A stretch of DNA of 64,000 bases from Felis catus (taxonomy: Eukaryota). Below the pieces are notes generated by a model. That model had not been told where the DNA came from and made no database searches. It worked only from the letters and a program-made list of their open reading frames with translations. The DNA is taken from NCBI RefSeq assembly GCF_018350175.1, contig NC_058370.1, positions 92,814,001-92,878,000 on the forward strand, written 5' to 3'. Shown here piece after piece: positions 25,435 through 37,969 of this stretch (position 1 is the first letter of the stretch; the number at the start of each line of letters is the position of its first letter). A program made the translations under genes and the position numbers.

Positions 25435-25785
25435 GGCAGTCTTTTGATGTGTCAACTTGGCTAGGCTACCATCTCCAGTTACTCATTGCACACTAACCTA
25501 GAGTTGCTGTGAAGGTATTTTGTGGATGTAATTAAAGTCCATAATCAGTTGACAGGGAGAATATCCTGTATAATCAGGGTGGGCCTGACATAATCAGTTG
25601 ATAGGTCTTAAAACAGAGCTGAAGCTTCCTCTATGGGACACACACTTTGCCTGTGCCCAGAGTTCCTGACAATCTGCCCTACAGATCTCAGACTTGCCCA
25701 GCCAGCCCCTGCAATCATATAAGCCAGCTCCTTGCAATATCTCTTAATAGCTACATCCTACTGGTTCTACTTTTCTAGCTGAAGC
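25435..25785 (+). mobile_element. ERVL LTR (MLT2-like)
   Basis: gatgtgtcaacttggctaggcta...gttgctgtgaaggtattttgtggatgtaatta...catcctactggttct. Confidence 0.85.
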
Positions 25786-26514
25786 TTATAGGGAGGAAGT
25801 TCTATGTTTTAGAAACAATATTGCCAAAGAATATACTCTAAAGTGGAAAATAAATGCTACCAAGAGAAGCTCATCAGCCTAGTGAATGAATGGAGTGCAT
25901 AGAAAAACAGCAACAAAAGCCTGGAAATTTGAAATCTGTCAGAAATAACTGTAAGTAGTATATCTGAAATGTCAAAGGAACAGAAGTGCCAAGGTGATTG
26001 CTAACCACGCTAACCTAGCCTTGTTTTGTGGGAGATGAGGGAAGAGTAAGAAACAAGGGGGGAAAGGAAACAAGTTATAACTGACGGATGTAAACAAATT
26101 CTTCAAATTCAGAGTGTCTGTAACCAAGAGCTGCGATTTTCCTCTGGCACTATACAGCCTAGCAGTGTAGCCATGCTGATGTGCAAATTCAGCTGGAAAG
26201 GTTCCACACCCATCTGCAACTAGATCACACAGATTCCCTCTCCTCTCATGCAAGGTTCCTATTTCTGATGAAAGACAGAACATTTTGCCCCTGAAAATGC
26301 AAATAAACTTACCCCCACAGAGGCNNNNNNNNNNNNNNNNNNNNNNNNNNNNNNNNNNNNNNNNNNNNNNNNNNNNNNNNNNNNNNNNNNNNNNNNNNNN
26401 NNNNNNNNNNNNNNNNNNNNNNNNNNNNNNNNNNNNNNNNNNNNNNNNNNNNNNNNNNNNNNNNNNNNNNNNNNNNNNNNNNNNNNNNNNNNNNNNNNNN
26501 NNNNCTGTATTGAC

Positions 26515-26546
26515 TTTTTTCTTTCCTTTTCTTTCTTTCTTTCTTA

Positions 26547-26598
<52 letters not shown>
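26515..26598. repeat. (CTTT)n(CT)n(GT)n compound microsatellite
   Basis: Directly visible. Confidence 0.95.
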
Positions 26599-27100
26599 CT
26601 TAATAAGGGAGACATAGCCAGCAGACAAATGTGTAGTAGCACTCTATTTGATTGTAGTTAGGGTCATCTCTTGTTTTCTCTATTTCATAGTAGCAAACCA
26701 TGAATACCCAACGCTTCTCAGTTACACTTAGCTAAAACACATTGGGTGTTATTCATTTTAAAAGCTTGAGGGATAGAAGCAACACTAGGCTGTAGGGACC
26801 TTGCCCTTTGTTTGATAGCCCTTACATGCCATCAGAAAGAATTCTCCAGGACAGGTATCATTATAGATGAGTACACTGAGGCTATAGAAATTAATATCCA
26901 AGGCAGAAACAGGATTTTATCGGAGACCTGCTCTCTTTTTGTTCTGCTGTGCTGCCGCTGTAAGTAATATGTGTATCCTCTAAAAGTCACATTGAAATTA
27001 AATTCCATTTAGTAAATATACTTGTGGACTATCTACTGAAAATAATCATCTACTCTGGAAACTTCTTTTGTAGAACAAATATCATATGTATTGGCCTTAC

Positions 27101-27283
27101 CCATCCCTTTTTCCATTTTTTTTTCTTTTTAATTTTGAGGAAGATATAAAAGAATCTTTTCTTCCTAACATGTATTCTCTATTAGCTGTACCTCCTAGGG
27201 TTTGATAAATACAGGTAAAGAAACCATTTGCTGATGCTAAGTGAACGTGGTGCCCACAACTTGCATGTGCTGCAGAGAAGCAT
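27101..27283 (-). CDS. Candidate stop-free exon (183 nt, phase 2-2) of the minus-strand gene relic
   Basis: Acceptor ctcctctgtag, strong donor GG|gtaagg. Reads CFSAAHASCGHHVHLASANGFFTCIYQTLGGTANREYMLGRKDSFISSSKLKRKKNGKRD (ORF track 27097..27339). Confidence 0.35.
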
Positions 27284-29079
27284 CTACAGAGGAGTAATTT
27301 CCTACCAGTAAGGATAGTTTGGTTAGATCTATGATGCATAGCCTACTTATACCAAATACATTATCTATGTAAGTAACTCTTCTCCGTCTGCTCCTCCTCC
27401 CACAATCCCAAGAAAAAATTTTTAAAAAATCTAAAAAGAACAAATGATGAGTATAAAAGACAATTTTAGAAATAACCATATGAATAGTCTTCTAATCTCA
27501 TTATTTGATTAATAGTCTTCAGAATATGAGAAATCCCATCTACTTATACTCACCAGGTTTGCATAAAGATCAAAAGAGTACATATCAGGAAAACTCTTTA
27601 TTTTAAAAAGAAGTGTTAGCTCAATAGAGATAAGATGGGAACAGATAATCATAATGAAATGTTGATATGTAAATATATTTTGCATATAATTAATGCAAGC
27701 CTAAATATCCGGCATATCTCCATGCAAGTTAAACTCAATATATACTTGACTTTTACTTATAGATACAGTATACACATTGTTTAGTGTAACAAACAATTGA
27801 AAGACCTATTTTGCATTTTGATGTTTTTGAAGTCTAGTTTCTATTTCAAACATTTAATTTCTGTTATGTGATGAAAAATAGCCCCCCTACAGAAAAATAC
27901 TTTTGTTTTCTTTGTTCAAAACTGTATTTCACTTAGCCATAGAGTTCTGAGCTCTCAGTTGCCTTTGTTTTTTGTTTTGACTTTTGTTCTGACTGTGAGC
28001 AGATGAAAAGAGACCAGGAGGAGTGTAAAGCCCTCTTTGATACCTGAAGGATTCCTAAGGGTTCTTTTATTTGTTGATAGCTGGGATTTTCTCATTTACA
28101 TCATTTCAGAGAACAAACCATGTAGCTGCCATATCGTATCTGTGTCTGGGTAACCTTTTGCGCTAGACTGCTGTGTATGGATTAACTCATGATGGTTATT
28201 GACTCAGACTTCTTACAGCATTCCTCTGAGCAGAAGGCAAAAATCAGACTCTTCCATTCCTTATACAAACAGCAAGCATCCAAGCCAATTTCTAGAATCA
28301 CTAGGTTTTGATTATGTTAAGAAATATGTACATTTTCTTTCCTGAAGAAAACTTCTGACTTGCTAATAGTTCAGAAGAAGTTAGGCTGGAGGTATACTTT
28401 AACTCAGATAGCTTCCTCAGATATTTTCTAAGTAGGAAAATACAATTATTAGGAGAAGGTTTAAAGCCCCCTTGAAGTCTTCTGATACAGTGCAAAAATT
28501 ATAATTTGCATATAAACAATTGGTACGATAATTATAATTTTTTCCTTTCAAGAAAGCAAATGAATGACTCCTAAGCGAAGTTTTAATCTAATTCTAACAT
28601 TGGTTTGTGCTTGAATGTGGCAAAGCATAATTTCTTTAAGTATTTTTAATTCTGATCTTTTTTTATTTAACATATCATCCCCCACCCCCACCCTGCCCTG
28701 CTCCATCTAAGTCTCTAAATGAAAAAAGAGGAAAACCTTGTTACAGAAACGTAGTGAATTTGCACCTCCAATCTCCAATCTCACACCTTGGAAGGCCCCA
28801 ATCTGCTGTTCATTTCACAGTGCTATGTGAAAAACTTCTTGAATGAAATATGGAAACTGAATTTTTAGACATGTTATAGGCAGAACATAGCTCTACTAAC
28901 CAATGGATGGTATTGATTTTCATAAAGTAGGATTTATTCAAGAACATACTACTGGATACTAAGCTTGACCCTGTTTCACAAATAAAGATGACATAGGGTA
29001 CTGACCCTGATTATTGTTATCCCTTGACATTTTTAAGCCCCCAAAGATCTTAATTAAATATGCGACATTTTAGGCAACA

Positions 29080-29310
29080 TCGTGTAGTGAAGAGCATCAT
29101 CTCTGCTATCGGAATAATAAGGTTTGAATCCTAAATTTATTACTTTCTATTTGACCTTGAGAAGGTTACAAACCTTTCCTAAGCCGCAGTTACCATGTCT
29201 GTGAAATGATACTATGAATCTCATTGAAGGAACTATTCTGAAGATATAAAGAGGAAATGAATTTAAATCTTTAGCACAATGCCTGGCACATTATAATTAT
29301 TGAAAAAGGG
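29080..29310 (+). mobile_element. MIR SINE
   Basis: ggtttgaatcct...tgaccttgagaaggttac...cttagcacaatgcctggcaca-like core. Confidence 0.8.
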
Positions 29311-29399
29311 TTAGCATGTATTCATCCTGCTAACCTAGTGATAAAAATTAAATCAGTTGCAGATAAAGTCAATTTCTTGTTTCTAACACATGCAAATCA

Positions 29400-30392
29400 G
29401 TTTGAAGAGAGACAAACTTAATTATAATTATAGATTATTACATGAATGGTACTCATTATGCAGCAATAGAAAACTGACCAGAAAATTTTCATCAGAAGTA
29501 GGTCTCTAACGTAATAGAAACTTAAAAAGAGGTAATATTGGCTTTGGTACTAGGTAGTGAGTGGGCAAAGGCTAGGCAAGTGTCAAGGAGGCTGTTGGTG
29601 AAGTTTGGGACAATGGCACACAAAATGTTAGCAGAAGCTGGAAAATAAGTGAAAAAATTATGATCAGAGGCTGAAAAAAATGGCGATCTGTATTTTTAGT
29701 AGTGAAACAATTGACAAAGCCATATCCTATGGTTACTTGGAAACCATAAAATGTGCTTAATGAACTTGTGAATCTAAGACCCCCAAGCTCAATATTGTAA
29801 TTTTTTTGGCTGCATGTATTAAAATACAAGAAGAGAAATCTGAACTAAGTTAGAATTTTTCTGTTTATTTGTGGTATTAATAGTAAATATAGAGGGCACA
29901 GGACGCAACTGACTCAAAAAGAAAACTGCATTTCCTTCAGTCTCTCCCACCAATAAGATTCTCAAAACGGACTCACAGTAAGAATTAAGTCAAGTGTAGC
30001 TTTAAGATCCTTTGTTGATACTGTAGAAACACTATGGGGGTACCAACTAGACCTCTTTGGCTACACAAAATGGTTTCTAAGAATCTTAAAGGCTTTATCC
30101 TCTTAACACTCTACTCCAAATAGAGAGAGGTTTATTTCAGAAATTATTACAGATATGGCTTCTGAGGTATGGAATAAACAACAGTTACAACAAACATATG
30201 AAGTGCACAACATTTTTAAGGGAGTAGTATCAGATTGAATTAAAATGCACAGAAAGTGTTAAAAATGAAAAGATGCCTATGCCTACAGTTTTCTATGACC
30301 ATCAAGTAGCCTGAGAAGATACTCAGCTTCAAACACTGCTAATTTCTTTTGGAAAAAAAATGTCCGTCTCACAGGATAGAGCCAAGAGTCAC

Positions 30393-30441
<49 letters not shown>

Positions 30442-30796
30442 GTTTGAGAATCACACTATTGTGACCACAGGGATATCAACACGCATGACACAAGCAAAGT
30501 CATGATAAATGATTATATATCTGGGCTTGCCAGTTGTCACTATGTGAACAAAAAGATTACACTTTTTACACTGTGAGTAAAAAGATCACATGGAAAGAGA
30601 TCCTCAATTATTCCAGCCATCCCAACTAAGCCAGTCTTTAACCAAACTTGCCAGATGAATGCAGCTGCATAAGTAAAGCCACATGAGATCACCAGAAGAA
30701 ACTTTTCCCTAACCCATAAAATGAAAAAAAAAGGTTTTTTTTTGTTCTAATCCTCTGAAGGATAAGTGTGGTTATGCAGCAGAGATAACCAATGCA
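29400..30796 (+). mobile_element. MaLR (MLT1) element: end of 5' LTR, internal region and 3' LTR
   Basis: LTR end tatgcagcaatagaaaactgacca, MLT1-int text, second LTR end gttatgcagcagagataaccaatgca. Confidence 0.7.
30396..30440. repeat. (CA)n microsatellite
   Basis: Directly visible. Confidence 0.97.
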
Positions 30797-31704
30797 CTCA
30801 CTACTGCCATAAATTCTAACACTAGTGACCTATCACACAGATTCATGTCATTAGTCACTAGCTGCAAAGATTTTAGAATAAAAAGAACAAAACAATCCTA
30901 GTTCTTAAAAGAAAAAAAGAAAAAGGAAAAAGTTGAAAAGAGAGGAAAATGAAAGAAAAAGGGAGAAACTCATTTTTTTGTTACTCATGAGTATGATTGC
31001 TACAAATAACCCACGTAGCCTCTTCACGTTTTGTTTTAGATCATTTTTCTCAACTAAGGAGTGATAAAACATGTTCTGCTCATTTTGCATTTTTCTCATT
31101 TGCAGATTAAATGAAATAATATATACGAGCCACTCTGAAAAATATAAAACCTCCAGATTTCAGATGTTTGTAAATGTAGATAGTAGGAATTTCATTATTG
31201 GGAACATATTTTAAGCCCTTAGTCTAGCACATTATTCCCTAAGGATGTTTGGGAAGCCAGTTAGAATATATCTTGTTTGAAATGTAATGAGTCTTTTTAC
31301 TGATAATGCAAGCAGATAACGTTTTTTCTTTTGCATTTTTCCAATAGTAATCAATTTGGAAAATTATACCTTTACGTTTCAAATAGAATGAGAAAGACTC
31401 TTGATCCGTATTTCTGAAATTCTAAGGCTTACAACTCAAGCGTGTATATTTTCACATTTGATTTGTGATAAGGAAATCTGTCCATCCATAATCAGTGGAA
31501 ATTTATGTCACATTCTAAAAGTCACTAACAAAGAGATATGTAATGCTTTATTTCCCTGGCAAAACCCATAACCCCTTAATAGATCACAATTATTTTCTTA
31601 GAAAAATACTATGACTTCTTTCAAATGTTTGTTACCAGTAATACCTTTCAAATAATCTCTTGAAATAGATTGATAACTACAAGATCCAATTCCCCTCTGT
31701 TTCT

Positions 31705-31758
31705 GATACCGTTGTTTATCACGGTATCCCAATCCCCCAATCGCCCAATCCCCCTCCC
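31705..31758 (-). promoter_or_regulatory. G-quadruplex motif with three CCAAT boxes and an adjacent 7-bp hairpin
   Basis: Minus strand reads GGGAGGGGGATTGGGCGATTGGGGGATTGGG; plus strand has ccaatc x3 and gataccg-N10-cggtatc. Function not shown. Confidence 0.35.
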
Positions 31759-32614
31759 AGAGTGGTGACCATTAATCTCTTCTTTCCAACAATACAATTC
31801 TTAGAAATGGCAAAGATTTTTCACCCTTCCCCTTCTTTTTCCCTCTCCCTCTGTTGATCCCTCTCCCTCCTCTTCCCAGTTCTCCTTCTCTTCTTCCTTT
31901 CTTCTTTTTAGTATTCTGAATATGTGTTCCTTTTTTCCCCTTCACAATCAGAATGCAAATAAATTCTATCAATATTTCCACAGGTCATATGTTTCAGAAC
32001 TTGAGCGATATTGGGTGTCAAAAAGACTGGAATCTATTCACTCTTCTCCATTGTATAAGAACTTTATGAATGACTAAAGGCAAAGGGCTGAGGTGAACTA
32101 GATTATAATACAAAGTAGATAGGCTAGATAAAGCCACGGAAGAATGTTGGTTTAGGAATTACATAATATTATGAAGACTTAACCACGTTCACTGCATACC
32201 ACTGCAGGTACATGGTGATGATCCTTTCTTCCTTTCTTCTTTATTTTAGGTGCCATTTCATCAACTATTTCTACATATATTTGGCAGAAGACCCTATTTA
32301 GATCAGCATTTCAAAGATTAAAGTCAATTACCATGTCTCACAAATATTGATTACTTTTCTTGCTACATAAGCAAGCTATGACCACACATGCCCCCTACTT
32401 AAGTCAAAATATAGGGTATACAATGGGGGAACAACAAATGCCCAGCTCTAAAACTTAACTCATGCATTATAAACATTGCCTAAAACAAAATTTTATTTTC
32501 TTTGCCATGGATAAGTAATTTTACTAGGGATTAAATGATATTGTGCATACTCTGTGGAATGCTCTTTAGTAATTAGCACTACAAAAGAAAGAATCTTTTT
32601 ATTTATTCTGACCA

Positions 32615-32830
32615 TAATAATAGCTAGCATTTATGTTCTAGGGGCCATCTGAAACACTTTACATGCACCATCCTTTCCAATCGCCCTTAGCACCCTAGGA
32701 AGTAGATATTACATTTTCCTCATTTTACAGAAAGTGAAATGAGGCTCAGAGAGATTGCAAACTTTGTGCAACTTGGAAAGTGAAACTAAGAATTTTGTAC
32801 ACTAGATTCTAAATGCTCGAATTTAACCAT
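32615..32830 (-). mobile_element. MIR SINE
   Basis: cctcattttacagaaagtgaaatgaggctcagagag core. Confidence 0.8.
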
Positions 32831-32881
32831 ATCCATGATGATGAGAGTAGTTGCTGTCCAACATATACATTTGGAAAAAAA

Positions 32882-33083
32882 AATTTAATGTTTATTTGTT
32901 TTTGAGAGAGATATAGAGCATGACAGGGGGAGGTGCAGAGAGAGTGGGAGACACAGAATCTGAAGCAGGCTCCAGACTCTGAGCTGTCAGCACAGAGCCT
33001 GATGTGTGGCTTGAACCCATGAACTGTGAGATCATGACCTAGCTGAAGTCCGACACTTAACTGACTGAGCCACCCAGGAGCCT
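32882..33083 (-). mobile_element. SINEC_Fc
   Basis: gacacagaatctgaagcaggctcc...ctgagccacccagg. Confidence 0.92.
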
Positions 33084-33351
33084 CTCACAGATGCATTTGA
33101 AAAAAATCTAAATTATTATAATGTTTTATAGCAAATGAGTTTTGCCACCTTTTAAATTAAATTGTAAAATTACAACCAAACTAATTCTATGTGCCTAACC
33201 TAATTTTAAAAACATTTAAATCAAAATCTATTTTAATTATTATGCCATATATGTAAATTATTCTACCAAACCTGACAAGCAGTTTATTATCATATAAAAA
33301 TTAAAATTTTGAATGGGTAAAGTTCTCTTTAAATTTTTGTTTGCATATTAT

Positions 33352-33378
33352 ACACACACACACACACACACACACACA
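33352..33378. repeat. (CA)n microsatellite
   Basis: Directly visible. Confidence 0.95.
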
Positions 33379-34449
33379 TTAACCCAAGTATTGTTTAAAA
33401 ATTATTGTCTGAACTAAATTATATTTTTGGGGAAGTTCACAATATGATAATATTGGACTGTGGGGATATGTAAGTATTCAAAAGGAAATTTCCATATTTG
33501 TACAATGAAAATAAATATTAAATACATCAATGAATATTTGGTAAATTATTCCAGGAAATGTTAATTTGAAGGAAAATATATAGTATAACTCAATGAAAGG
33601 TAAGCAAAGGGGGAAAAATCACTCTCCTTTGTTAAAATTCTTACTTTGATCTTCTGATATTTGCCATATTACTGGAACTGGTGAAATGACAGTAATCCTT
33701 ATAGTGCCCGTATGTCACATCTCCCCCATGCCTGTCCTTCCTTGTCTTCTACCCTGCATTATTTATAAACTGTTTACCCCACTAGATGTAAAGCTCCTTT
33801 TCTGACACTGACAATGTAAGGTCAATTCTTTTTATTCCCATGCTTCTTCACACTGAAGAAAACACTATGTAAGAGCAAGATTCGATTTTTAATGGGGGCA
33901 TAGATGCTTTAATCTGAGGCTTTTTTAAAAGATTATAAAATTGGAGAAGATGAATTGAATATCAAAAGGAAATAATAAATCCTTTTAAAAATAGCTTATG
34001 TAATAGACTGAATAGTCACAGCATGCCAAAATTAATTTGCAATACATGCATGCATCTGTGATGAAAAGGTTTTAGAAGCACTGAAGTGCTCCTAATCTCA
34101 ATAGCCAGGTGGCAGGAGTAGAATGGGTGGGTAGCCACTCAGGAAGCTCATGGTAAAAGCTATTTACCAACTAGGATAGAAGGAGTTTAATATTTTAACA
34201 AATGGCATGACTGTATCAATCCTACCAGTGAATATCAGCTCTGAGTACATAATGTGCTTTCTGAATCGCTAAGAGCCTTTTAAATGATTATAGTTAAAGG
34301 TAAATTGTCTAAAGGATCATTCCATCTAGCTTAATCTTTTATCGACTGTTTGTCTTTCAAAATAATATGTAAAAGAAACATTACAAATATCAAAACATTT
34401 GAATTACAATGTGCATTGCATTAATTTTAACACGTTTGCCAATTCGTAC

Positions 34450-34508
34450 CATGCAGATTTCACGTATTCTATTTGCAATATCCAAAGGATCGCTCACTGA
34501 AGTTCTAT
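34450..34508 (-). CDS. Candidate stop-free exon (59 nt, phase 1-0)
   Basis: Acceptor gctgcttctcag, donor gtacga. Reads DRTSVSDPLDIANRIREICM. Local CpG retention. Confidence 0.35.
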
Positions 34509-35249
34509 CTGAGAAGCAGCAATACTGCTCATGAGCAGAATAAAAATTGTCAATAGAATTAATGGCAAATTCATTTTTCAACCATTTCCCATATTTTTCC
34601 TTTTTTCAGTGTTATGCAATATTAAAGAACATATGTTTGCAATAATGTAAAAATATATAACACAAACTCTTGTTCACTTCACACCCATATCAGTTTTGAT
34701 AAGGATCTACTCAAATTAAAATAAATAGCAATTATTTATGGTGCTACCTCTATTAAGCTCTGCATGAATAATTGGGGTGTTAGCTCAAAAAGTTTAGCAT
34801 TCAGCAAGGAAAAGGAAAGTCAAACACACTTAAATCTAAAGTCCAAAGCAAATTTGAAGAAAGAAGAGATATCAGAAGGTAACATATGACTCACTGAGAA
34901 ATGAAAAGGACATAGATTAAGAAAGTTGGCGAGTGTTCAATGATACAGACGTAGAACATCAGAGCCAAAAGTATAAATGGAAATCAAATGTCAGAAACCA
35001 CTTAAAAACATTAATCAGAGGATTTCCAGGAAAAAAATGTTGAGATCAACTGTCTAACCTTCCCCAACTCTATTAGAAGACTTCTGAAGAAGCCCAAGGG
35101 AATATAAGATAAAAAGGAATCATTCACATGACTAAATCTTCCAGAATTTTGCTTGGATACTAGATTCTGTGAGACATAATTGAGAGAAGATCCGAGAAGC
35201 CCCTCTCAAGTCATCCTCTCTGGAATTTCAGTGATAATGAGAACAACAT

Positions 35250-36110
35250 AAATTATGAAGACAAGGAGAAAATACTAAAAATAGAAAACAGTGACTATGA
35301 TGTTAATCAAAAGAAAGCAGAGTGAAAAAGAAACACAATGAAACTTGGATGGTGATATAGGGAAAGATTAAAACAGAAGAAAACCACAGAGAATTAAAAT
35401 ATTCATAAGCAATAAAATCAGAGCAATCCATGCTCTGAATATAGACAGTAGAACATATGATTTAGTGCACAAATGTGATGACCCCACCAGTCAGAGATGA
35501 AACTTCTAAGAGAGATTATTTGATAAGGAAGACAGAAAAGAGAAATCTAATGTATGACAATTAGACTTCCTGAAGAAGAGGATAAATTATAAACAAGCAA
35601 TAACCAAAAACATAACAAAATGAAACATTCCAGAATGGAGGGAAGATTTGTTGTATCACCTACCCTGAAACATTAGGAAAAGAGGCCCACAGTAATAAAG
35701 CAAAGTCCATAAGATACAGCAGGTGTCAGTGGTGACCAGGAAACCTAGAGACTCAAGGGTGTGTGGATGGGTGGTGGGGGCACATCAAACAAAATGAGAA
35801 GATTAAAATGAACTCAAGAGTTGTAACATTATAGTATAAATACCTAATAATTAGTGCTGTAATACTTAGAATTTACATACATATTCTACATAATACACAG
35901 AATTTAATATGTGAAATTTGTTCATAAAACAATCCTAAATTCATATTTCATTTTCATTAAAAAATTTATTTCATTTCATTAAAAAAATGTAATGTGAAAC
36001 AATGAACGTTCATACACCGAGTCAAATATCACAGATTTAACAACAAAGCAATAATAATGTAAATGTTTGCTGAAAGGAGGTGGTTTTTATTACAATGTTT
36101 AGAAGTTAAC
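35250..36110 (+). mobile_element. Very old L1/HAL1 ORF1-like fragment
   Basis: A-rich; gaagacagaaaagagaaatctaatgtatgacaattagacttcctgaagaagag. Confidence 0.5.
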
Positions 36111-36130
36111 TTTAAACTTATAAAATCTTA

Positions 36131-36339
36131 GGGCACCTGAGTGGCTCAGTTGGTTAGGTGTCCGACTTCGGCTCAGGTCATGATCCCACAGTTCACAAGT
36201 TTAAGCCCTGCAACGTGTTCTGTGCTGACTACTTAGAACCCGCAGCCTGCATCAGAATCTGTGTCTTCCTCTCTCTCTGCCCCTCCCCTGCTTGCCCTCT
36301 TTCTGTCTCTCACGCACTCTCAAAAATAAACATTAAAAA
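36131..36339 (+). mobile_element. SINEC_Fc
   Basis: gggcacctgagtggctcagttgg head, CT tract, tail. Confidence 0.92.
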
Positions 36340-36357
36340 GTAATAAATTCATAAAAT

Positions 36358-36389
36358 ATTTTTTAAAAATTTTAACATTTATATATATG

Positions 36390-36420
<31 letters not shown>

Positions 36421-36615
36421 TTTTTGAGAGAGAGAGAGACAGAGAGAGAGAACAAGTGGGGAAGGGGCAGAGAGAGAGAAACAGAGGACTGGAAGAACAC
36501 TTGGCACTATGAGCACAGAGCTCAATGTGGGGCCCCAACCCATGAACTGTGAGATCATGACCTGAACTAAAATCAAGTGTCAGCTGCTTAACTGACTGAG
36601 CCACCCAGGAGTCCC
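36358..36615 (-). mobile_element. CanSINE with (TA)n expansion in tail
   Basis: Full body; TSD taaatt(c/t)ataaaat. Confidence 0.9.
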
Positions 36616-36734
36616 ATTAAATTTATAAAATTTTAAAGATGTTAAATATAAGTATTTAAAATAGGATGTATACTTTTCAATTCATAGACGATAAAAAAAA
36701 GACATGAGTCCACTTATCAAAACATTAAAAAAAT

Positions 36735-36945
36735 TTTTTTTAAATGTTTATTTATTTTTGAGAGAGACAGAGACAGAATGTGAGTGGGTTGAGGCATAGA
36801 GAGAGGGAGGCACAGAATCTGAAGCAGGCTCCAGGCTTGGAGCTGTCAGCACAGAGCCTGACGTGGGGCTCGAACTCACGAGCTATTCGATCATGACCTG
36901 AGCCGAAGTCGGATGCTCAACCCACTGAGCCACTCAGGCTCCCCC
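36735..36945 (-). mobile_element. SINEC_Fc
   Basis: Full body; TSD tatcaaaa. Confidence 0.92.
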
Positions 36946-37084
36946 TACATATCAAAAAATTTTAAAAAAAGGAAACAAACAACCAAAAATGAATCCTTGA
37001 TAATGAACAATTTGATGTTATGAAAATAAAATCAGATGAGTCAAATGCCACTATTTAAAAAATGACATTACTCCCTTGCTGTAA

Positions 37085-37800
37085 AATCCCAAAAGATGTT
37101 TTCTAGCCCCACGATTGTTGGCAATCTTTAAAATTTTTATCAGTAATACCCAAATATCTATCAGAAAACTTGTCCTAATATACATGCCTGTAAGCAATTT
37201 TGTAAACTATTCTCATCACTCTGTTAAAGCTCAGACACCATCCAGATTCTAATATTGCCACTTTCTTATGTGGCATCTCTCTCAATTTGCAATGTGTTGA
37301 TACCTATTGATGTAAATATTTTGAGAGATCTATTAGACTGCGGTATTCATTTCTTTCTTTATAAATAAACTACTAATGCTCTTTGGCCGTATTTCTATTG
37401 GGATGCTTGTTTTTCCTCCAGATATGAGTGTAATTTATAATATATTATGTAGAACATATATGTACAAATATTATTCTTTTTCTTGTTTGTATTGTAAAGT
37501 ATATTTTTCTAAGTTTGCCATTTACTTTGAATTTTATAGTATTCATTGATATGCCAATTTTTTTTTCATTTTTTAGTGTAGCTATCTACTATACCACTAA
37601 TTTATTGTATCTTCCATTAAGGATAGACTTTTGAATGTTTTCACCACTTGGAGATCAAATAAATATTTTCTTATAGCTGTTCTATTTAATTATTCAGTCT
37701 ACACAAAATTAATTTTGCCATAATATCTGAGGTAGGTATTAACTTCCTTTTCCAAGTAGATCGTGATTATCCTAGGGCCATTTATTAGTTTATACCCTAA
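37085..37800 (-). mobile_element. Old L1 (L1ME-like) ORF2 fragment
   Basis: T-rich; ctttggccgtatttctattggg...aagtttgccatttactttg. Confidence 0.6.
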
Positions 37801-37969
37801 TATCTCCACATGGTTAGCACTAAATATTCTTATAGCAGAAGGCTTTGGGAAGATTATGATTTACTATAGATCATGGATTACACAGGGGGTGGACATATTG
37901 CACAGCCCCATGGTTTAGTCCTCAACTTCGCTTTAATACATGTTTATATCAGTGATCACATGTAGTCTT

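Noticed and set aside
31984-32077. Plus-strand terminal exon SYVSELERYWVSKRLESIHSSPLYKNFMND*
   Set aside because: Isolated, with no partner plus-strand exons and no recognisable family.
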